From: an uncultured Gemmatimonadales bacterium
GTDB taxonomy: Bacteria > Gemmatimonadota > Gemmatimonadetes > Longimicrobiales > RSA9
Reading direction: 5' to 3'
DNA length: 64,000 nucleotides
Assembly: GCA_963798845.1 (NCBI GenBank)
Contig: CAWCUS010000006.1
Location: 96,001 to 160,000 of the forward strand
Positions within the stretch are counted from its first letter, which is position 1. Each line of letters opens with the position of its first letter. This document shows positions 58,714-64,000 of this stretch, one piece after another. The position numbers and the translations under genes are program-made. Below the pieces are notes generated by a model. The model had not been told where the DNA came from and ran no database searches. It worked only from the letters and a program-made list of their open reading frames with translations.

Positions 58714-59843
58714 TAGCGTGGGGCGTCGACGCGGGCGGCGAGGCCGGGCTGGCGGACGCCGGCGCTGAAGCCCTCGAGCTCCGCGGTGCCGGGCGCGGGG
58801 GCGAGCGTGTCCCTGGCGGCGCGGACGCGCTCGGCCGCCTCCTCGACCGCGGAGGCGACATCGACCTCCACGGCTTCCAGCCGGTCCCGGGCGACGCCGC
58901 GACCGGCGAGATACTCCTCGAAGAGGCCCACCGGGTCTCGCCGGCCCCATTGCTCGAACAGCTCGGCCGGGAAGGTGCGCCTCGCTTCCGCCTCGTCGTG
59001 GGTGGCGTGGCCGCCCATCCGGAACGTGTCGGCGACGAGCAGGGTCGGGCCGTCCCCGGCCCGGGCACGCTCCGCCGCCAGGCGCGTCGCGGCCCAGACG
59101 TCCAGGACGTTGTTGCCGTCAGCGAAGCTGCCCGGCACGCCGTACATCTTCGGCCAGCTGCGGAAGTCGCCGGCGCCGTGCTGGTCTGCACGCGTGCCCA
59201 GGGCGACCTGGTTGTTCTGGAGCACGAAGATGGCGGGGACGCGGCGGACTGCGGCAAGGTTGAGACCTTCGTGGAACGCCGCGGTCTTGGTGGCGCCGTC
59301 GCCCACCCACGTGAGCGCCACGCGGTCCTCGCCCCGCTGCTGGAACGCCAGGGCCGCGCCGGTGACCACGGGGACCATGTCGCCCACGTGGGAGATGGGC
59401 TGGAGGACGCCGTGGTCCAGGTCGCCGAAATGGAGGTCACGGCCGCCAGTGGGACTGTTCCGCGTAGCCAGGAGTCCGTGGAAGATCGCCTCGAGCGGCA
59501 CGCCCATCTCCGCCAGCGCGCCCGCGTTCCGGATCATCGGGGCGACCAGGTCGCGGCCGCGCCGGAGCGCGTGAACGGGTCCCACGGTCACGGCTTCCTC
59601 CCCCGTCCCGAGCCACGCTTTCGACAGCACGCCCTGCCGCACCCAGCGCTTGAGCGTGATGTCGTGGAGGCGAGTGCGCAGCAGCCCCGCGTACAGCTCC
59701 AGCAGCGGCGCCTCTTCGAGGGCGTCGATCAGGGCCCACCTCTCCGGGTCGGAGCGAAGGCGCTCGCCGTACTCTCGCACCAGCTCGGGATCCGGCTCCC
59801 AGCTCACGTACTCCGGGGGGTCGAACAGCGGGTAGCGCTTCAT
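58713..59843 (-). CDS. ThDP-dependent 2-oxoacid dehydrogenase E1 alpha-like
   Basis: GDGA...NN ThDP motif, DGNN and RMGGHATHD. Confidence 0.88.
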   Translation of the reverse strand: MKRYPLFDPPEYVSWEPDPELVREYGERLRSDPERWALIDALEEAPLLELYAGLLRTRLHDITLKRWVRQGVLSKAWLGTGEEAVTVGPVHALRRGRDLVAPMIRNAGALAEMGVPLEAIFHGLLATRNSPTGGRDLHFGDLDHGVLQPISHVGDMVPVVTGAALAFQQRGEDRVALTWVGDGATKTAAFHEGLNLAAVRRVPAIFVLQNNQVALGTRADQHGAGDFRSWPKMYGVPGSFADGNNVLDVWAATRLAAERARAGDGPTLLVADTFRMGGHATHDEAEARRTFPAELFEQWGRRDPVGLFEEYLAGRGVARDRLEAVEVDVASAVEEAAERVRAARDTLAPAPGTAELEGFSAGVRQPGLAARVDAPR

Positions 59844-59877
59844 GGCTCCGGGGGCTGAGTTGGTGCAGGCAGTGCGG

Positions 59878-60378
59878 CTACGGCTGCCGCGACACCGGGG
59901 GCGTGGCGGGCACGTTCGCATGCTCACGCCCCGCGGGCGCTGGCGTCGCGGTGTCCTGGAGGGCGCGCCCGATCCGCGCGGCCATGACGTCCAGCTCGGA
60001 GCGGGAGGGGATCGCGGAGCCGGGCTTCGGCAGCTGCAAGTCGAACGACTCGCCTTCACGCACCGGGATCAGATGCAGGTGGAAGTGCAGCACGTCCTGC
60101 CCACCGGCTCGGCCGTTGGCGCTGAACAGGTTCACCGCCGCGGCGCCTGTGGCGGCGCGGACCCCCGGTGCCAGGCGGCGGGCCACGGTGAGGCAGTGGG
60201 CGGCGATGTCGTCCGGCGTGGAGAACAGGTCGTCGTGATGCTCGCGGGAGACGATCAGCAGGTGTCCGGCGCTCGCCGGCTGGATGTCCATGAACGCGAC
60301 AGCGTGGTCGTCTTCGTGGACGAGGCTGACCGTTTCCTCGCCCGCGAGGATGCGACAGAAGACACAACTCTCATTCAT
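59878..60378 (-). CDS. HIT family protein
   Basis: CVFC, FMDIQP..GH and GQDVLHFHLHLIP motifs. Confidence 0.9.
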   Translation of the reverse strand: MNESCVFCRILAGEETVSLVHEDDHAVAFMDIQPASAGHLLIVSREHHDDLFSTPDDIAAHCLTVARRLAPGVRAATGAAAVNLFSANGRAGGQDVLHFHLHLIPVREGESFDLQLPKPGSAIPSRSELDVMAARIGRALQDTATPAPAGREHANVPATPPVSRQP

Positions 60379-60412
60379 GGCGACCCGGCCCGGGGAGTTC
60401 TACATTCACGGG

Positions 60413-61072
60413 ATGCATGACTCGTCTCCCGCTCCCCGCAAAGAAACGGGGGCCCCCGAACCAGCGCAAGAATCGGGCGACGGCTTCCGGGCCGATCTGC
60501 CCCTGGCCATACTCGAGTCCGTCCGTATCCACGACCGCCCGGCCGAGGTGCTCGAAGACGAGGATCTCACGGCCAGCCTGCCACGTCGCCTCGGTCTCAC
60601 CGGGGTGGTGGACAGTCAGATCCGGCGCTACGAGGCGGCTCGCCGCAGCGGTGAGCGCGTCTCGCGCGACGACGTGGCCAACCTCCTCCGGCTGGTCCTG
60701 CGCCGGCCCGACGCCGAGCCGATCCTCCGCCACGCGGGTCAGACGCTCGCCGGCGAGCACGGCCGGCGCGCGGCGCGCCTGGGAAGGGTGCTCCCCGGCG
60801 GTCTCGGGGACCTGGTGGCCAGGCGGGTGATCCGGCGCCTGATGCGGCGCATCTCGGGCGGCTCCCGCGTGCGCGTGATGCGCAACCCGCTCCGGGTCGA
60901 GCTCACGGACCCGATCACCGCCGGCGACCGCTACGGTGTGGCGTGCACGCTGTACAGCGCCGCCATTGCGGCGGCCTACGCCCGGGTCACGGGGCGGGAG
61001 CTGGATGTGCGCCACACCGGGTGCGCCGCGCTGGGGACCGCCGAAGGGAAGTGCGTCTGGGAGGTCGGCTAG
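60413..61072 (+). CDS. Hypothetical protein with V4R-like C-terminus
   Basis: ACTLY...HTGCAALG...CVWEV three-cysteine pattern. Confidence 0.65.
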   Translation: MHDSSPAPRKETGAPEPAQESGDGFRADLPLAILESVRIHDRPAEVLEDEDLTASLPRRLGLTGVVDSQIRRYEAARRSGERVSRDDVANLLRLVLRRPDAEPILRHAGQTLAGEHGRRAARLGRVLPGGLGDLVARRVIRRLMRRISGGSRVRVMRNPLRVELTDPITAGDRYGVACTLYSAAIAAAYARVTGRELDVRHTGCAALGTAEGKCVWEVG

Positions 61073-62223
61073 TCCTCGTCGCCGTTCTCGATCCCGGCCG
61101 CATGGAGCAGCTTTGAGCGGATCTGACGGTTGAAGGTGTCCCACTTGAGGCGCATGTGCTCCGGGTCGTGGGCGCCCTCGAGGAAGCCGACCGGGATCTC
61201 GAAGCCGCCCGCGCGGTCCCTGCCACCGCCGTAGTGGCGGCCGCGGAAGTCGCTGCCCAGCGCACTCTTCAGGAACTGGTCGACGTCCATGGTCACCTTG
61301 CTGGTGCGGACGCTCCCCACCACCAGCTCGCGCTCTCCCTCCCCCTGCACGATGCCGTAGACGATGACCGTGTGGACGTTCTCCTCGGTGAGGAGGAAGT
61401 CGGCGGCCTGCGGGATGGCGTCGCGGTCGGCGTGGCGGAGGTAGCCCACCCCCGCCAGCGAGTAGCCCCCCCGCACCAGCCGGTCCGAGAGGGCGGTCTC
61501 GATGACGTCCATGGTGCCGTGGGAGCGCTGGACCCGCATGATGGTCTCGAGCAGCTCCGGATCCATCAGCCGACTCAGGTACGCCGCCGCCAGCAGCTCG
61601 TCCGCTCCCGCCCGCACCAGTCCGTTCGTCTCCGTCCTCAGCCCGTGGACCAGGGCCGTGGCCAGGTTGATGTGCTTCTGGTTGTCCGGGCTCAGCTCGA
61701 GCGTGTCGCCGCTGCGCAGGTAGTCCGTCACGATCGTCGCCGCCGCGCCCACCGGGCGGATGTCGGTGAACTCGGGGTGCAGGATGCCCTGGGGTGCGTG
61801 GTGGTCGATCACCGCGAGCGCCGGCACGCCCAGCTCGTTCAATCGGTCCGTGAGCCGCGTGGTGGTGCCCTGGTTGTCGATGTAGACGGCGCCATCGTAC
61901 CGGTCCAGCGGGAGCGCTTCCGTGAAGCGGATCAGGTCGATGGAGAGGATGTGAACCAGCGCCAGGTTCTCCTGGTGACTGATCCGCCCCTCGTAGACGA
62001 TGTCCACCTCGATGTCCCGCTCCGCCGCCAGCGTCCGGTACGCCATGGCGGAGGAGATGGCATCGGGGTCCGGGAAGTCCTGCACCGCGACGATGTGTAT
62101 CTCGCCGCGGTGTTTCTCGAGGAAGCTCGCGAACGCGTGGGCCCGCCCTTCGTCGGCGAAGTGCGGCGCCACGTCCAGCACGCTCGCGGCCACCTTCGCA
62201 GGTGTTTCGGTAGCAGGTATCAT
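61069..62223 (-). CDS. DHH family phosphoesterase (NrnA-like)
   Basis: PDPDA, VIDHH and GSVR..YGGG motifs. Confidence 0.88.
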   Translation of the reverse strand: MIPATETPAKVAASVLDVAPHFADEGRAHAFASFLEKHRGEIHIVAVQDFPDPDAISSAMAYRTLAAERDIEVDIVYEGRISHQENLALVHILSIDLIRFTEALPLDRYDGAVYIDNQGTTTRLTDRLNELGVPALAVIDHHAPQGILHPEFTDIRPVGAAATIVTDYLRSGDTLELSPDNQKHINLATALVHGLRTETNGLVRAGADELLAAAYLSRLMDPELLETIMRVQRSHGTMDVIETALSDRLVRGGYSLAGVGYLRHADRDAIPQAADFLLTEENVHTVIVYGIVQGEGERELVVGSVRTSKVTMDVDQFLKSALGSDFRGRHYGGGRDRAGGFEIPVGFLEGAHDPEHMRLKWDTFNRQIRSKLLHAAGIENGDED

Positions 62224-62335
62224 GGTCCCCCGGTATGCGGTCCGCCACGCCTCAGTTGCGAAGGCTGTGCCACACCCTTGCGCCACCGCTCCGTCCGGGT
62301 GACGGGTCGCGGGGCCGGGGGGGCCTGCCGCCTGG

Positions 62336-64000
62336 CTAGCCGGGCTGCGGTGGCCGGCGCGAGGAGGCGGTGGGCAGGGGCGAGGACGCGGCGGCGTGCC
62401 CGACGTCCGGTCGCTCCTCGTCGCCCGGCTGGACCGGCGCGTTCCCCATGAGGCGGCGCAGCTCTTCGCGCGTGACCACCTCGTGCTCGAGAAGGTCGTT
62501 GGCCAGCCGGTCGAGGATCTCGCGATCCCGGGCCAGGATGGTGCGGGCGCGCCCGTGAACCGACTCGACGATGCGGCGAACCTCATCGTCCATCGTGCGG
62601 GCGGTGTCCTCGCTGTAGGTCCGCTGCTGAGGCCAGCCGCCGTCGCCGCCGAGGAAGGTGTGGCGCTGCTTCTCGTACCCCACCGCCCCCAGCCGCTCCG
62701 ACATTCCGTACTGCTGGACCATCCGCCTCGCCAGGTCGCCCACCCGCTCCAGGTCGTTCAATGCGCCGGTCGAGATCTCGTTGAACACGATCTCCTCGGC
62801 CACACGGCCTCCCAGGAGCACCGCCATCCGGTCCAGCAGCTCCTGCTTCTGAAGCAGAAAACGCTCGTCCTCCGGAAGCTGCTGCGTGTAGCCGAGCGCA
62901 CCCACGCCACGCGGGATGATGCTGATCTTGTGGACTGGGTCGGCGTTCTCCACCCGCTCGGCGACGATGGCGTGGCCAGCCTCGTGGAACGCCACGATCT
63001 TCCGCTCCTTCTCGTTCACCAGCCGGTTCTTCTTCTCCAGTCCGGCGATGATCCGATCGATGGCGGCGTCGAGCTCGGCCATCCCCACTTCCGTCTTGTC
63101 CTTGCGCGCGGCCAGCAGCGCGCCCTCGTTCAGGAGGTTGGCCAGGTCCGCGCCCACGAACCCCGGCGTCCGACGGGCGAGGACGTTCAGGTCCACGTCG
63201 GGGGCCAGCCGGATCTGCCTGGCGTGGACCCGGAGGATCGCTTCGCGGCCAGCCCGGTCCGGACGATCCACCACCACCTGGCGGTCGAAGCGGCCGGGGC
63301 GGAGGAGGGCGGGATCCAGGATCTCCGGTCGGTTGGTCGCCGCCATGATGATGACGCCGACCTTCGGGTCGAAGCCGTCCATCTCGACCAGCAGCTGGTT
63401 CAGCGTCTGTTCGCGCTCGTCGTGCCCGCCCATGGGGCCGCCCGCCCCGCGCGCCTTCCCCAGCGCGTCCAGCTCGTCGATGAAGACGATGCACGGCGAG
63501 TTGCTCTTCGCCTGCTCGAACAGGTCCCGCACCCGGGACGCGCCCACGCCCACGAACATCTCCACGAACTCGCTCCCGTTCATGGAGAAGAACGTCACGC
63601 CAGCTTCGCCGGCGACGGCCCGCGCCAGCAGCGTCTTCCCGGTTCCCGGCGCGCCCGCCAGCAGCACCCCCTTGGGGATGCGCGCGCCCACCCGATGGAA
63701 TTTCTTCGGCTCCTTGAGGAACTCGACGATCTCCACGAGCTCCTGCTTCGCCTCATCCGCACCCGCCACGTCCTCGAACGTGACGCCGGTGCCGTCCTCC
63801 CCCACAATGCGTGCCCGGTTCTTCCCCACGGTCATCACGCCCGAGGCGGGGTTGATGCGCCGCAGCATCCAGATCCAGAACACCACCATGAGCCCGAGCG
63901 GGAGGAGCCAGATCAGCGCCTGGCCCAGCCAGCTCTGCGTAGCGGCGGAGTACTCCACGTCGTGCGACTCCAGGAGCGGGATCAGCTCGTCATCGCCCTG
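62336..64000 (-). CDS. ftsH: ATP-dependent zinc metalloprotease FtsH, 5' end beyond window
   Basis: [23 protein letters not shown] and HEAGH; the frame is open to the window edge. Confidence 0.96.
   Translation of the reverse strand, partial: QGDDELIPLLESHDVEYSAATQSWLGQALIWLLPLGLMVVFWIWMLRRINPASGVMTVGKNRARIVGEDGTGVTFEDVAGADEAKQELVEIVEFLKEPKKFHRVGARIPKGVLLAGAPGTGKTLLARAVAGEAGVTFFSMNGSEFVEMFVGVGASRVRDLFEQAKSNSPCIVFIDELDALGKARGAGGPMGGHDEREQTLNQLLVEMDGFDPKVGVIIMAATNRPEILDPALLRPGRFDRQVVVDRPDRAGREAILRVHARQIRLAPDVDLNVLARRTPGFVGADLANLLNEGALLAARKDKTEVGMAELDAAIDRIIAGLEKKNRLVNEKERKIVAFHEAGHAIVAERVENADPVHKISIIPRGVGALGYTQQLPEDERFLLQKQELLDRMAVLLGGRVAEEIVFNEISTGALNDLERVGDLARRMVQQYGMSERLGAVGYEKQRHTFLGGDGGWPQQRTYSEDTARTMDDEVRRIVESVHGRARTILARDREILDRLANDLLEHEVVTREELRRLMGNAPVQPGDEERPDVGHAAASSPLPTASSRRPPQPG

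Noticed and set aside
233..63807. Many long antisense or alternate-frame ORFs (e.g. 3747..5393, 16052..17935, 19183..21288, 41753..43813, 52732..55263)
   Set aside because: Shadow ORFs expected at this GC content; R/P/A/G-rich and overlapping genes with clear motifs.

Overview
Very GC-rich bacterial chromosomal DNA. Gene content (STK-associated ECF sigma factors, ADOP permeases with PadR, BamA/TamA paralog) suggests Gemmatimonadota; this is an inference. The left half (1-33.6 kb) is accessory. It holds two ECF sigma + TPR Ser/Thr kinase pairs, an ECF/anti-sigma pair, a PadR-serine hydrolase-HAAS operon, a MocR regulator, three orphan duplicated ABC permeases, a fatty acid desaturase and a B12 radical SAM enzyme. 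It also encodes two otherwise dissimilar exported proteins that share a tandem PGDQ[YF][VIL] hexapeptide repeat, and a debris zone with two extra pieces of the queG 3' region. The middle (35-49 kb) is an energy module: a 7-gene V/A-type ATPase with a Na+-type rotor, a USP, and a porin-multiheme cytochrome operon (8-9 heme lipoprotein, beta-barrel, 16-heme cytochrome, TPR lipoprotein). The right part (49-64 kb) is core-like: HIT x2, NUDIX x2, MazG-like, class V aminotransferase, a proline dehydrogenase-QueE in-frame fusion, HNH, E1-alpha, DHH and ftsH. No rRNA, tRNA, CRISPR array, integrase or transposase was recognised. All calls come from reading motifs by eye; no database searches were run.
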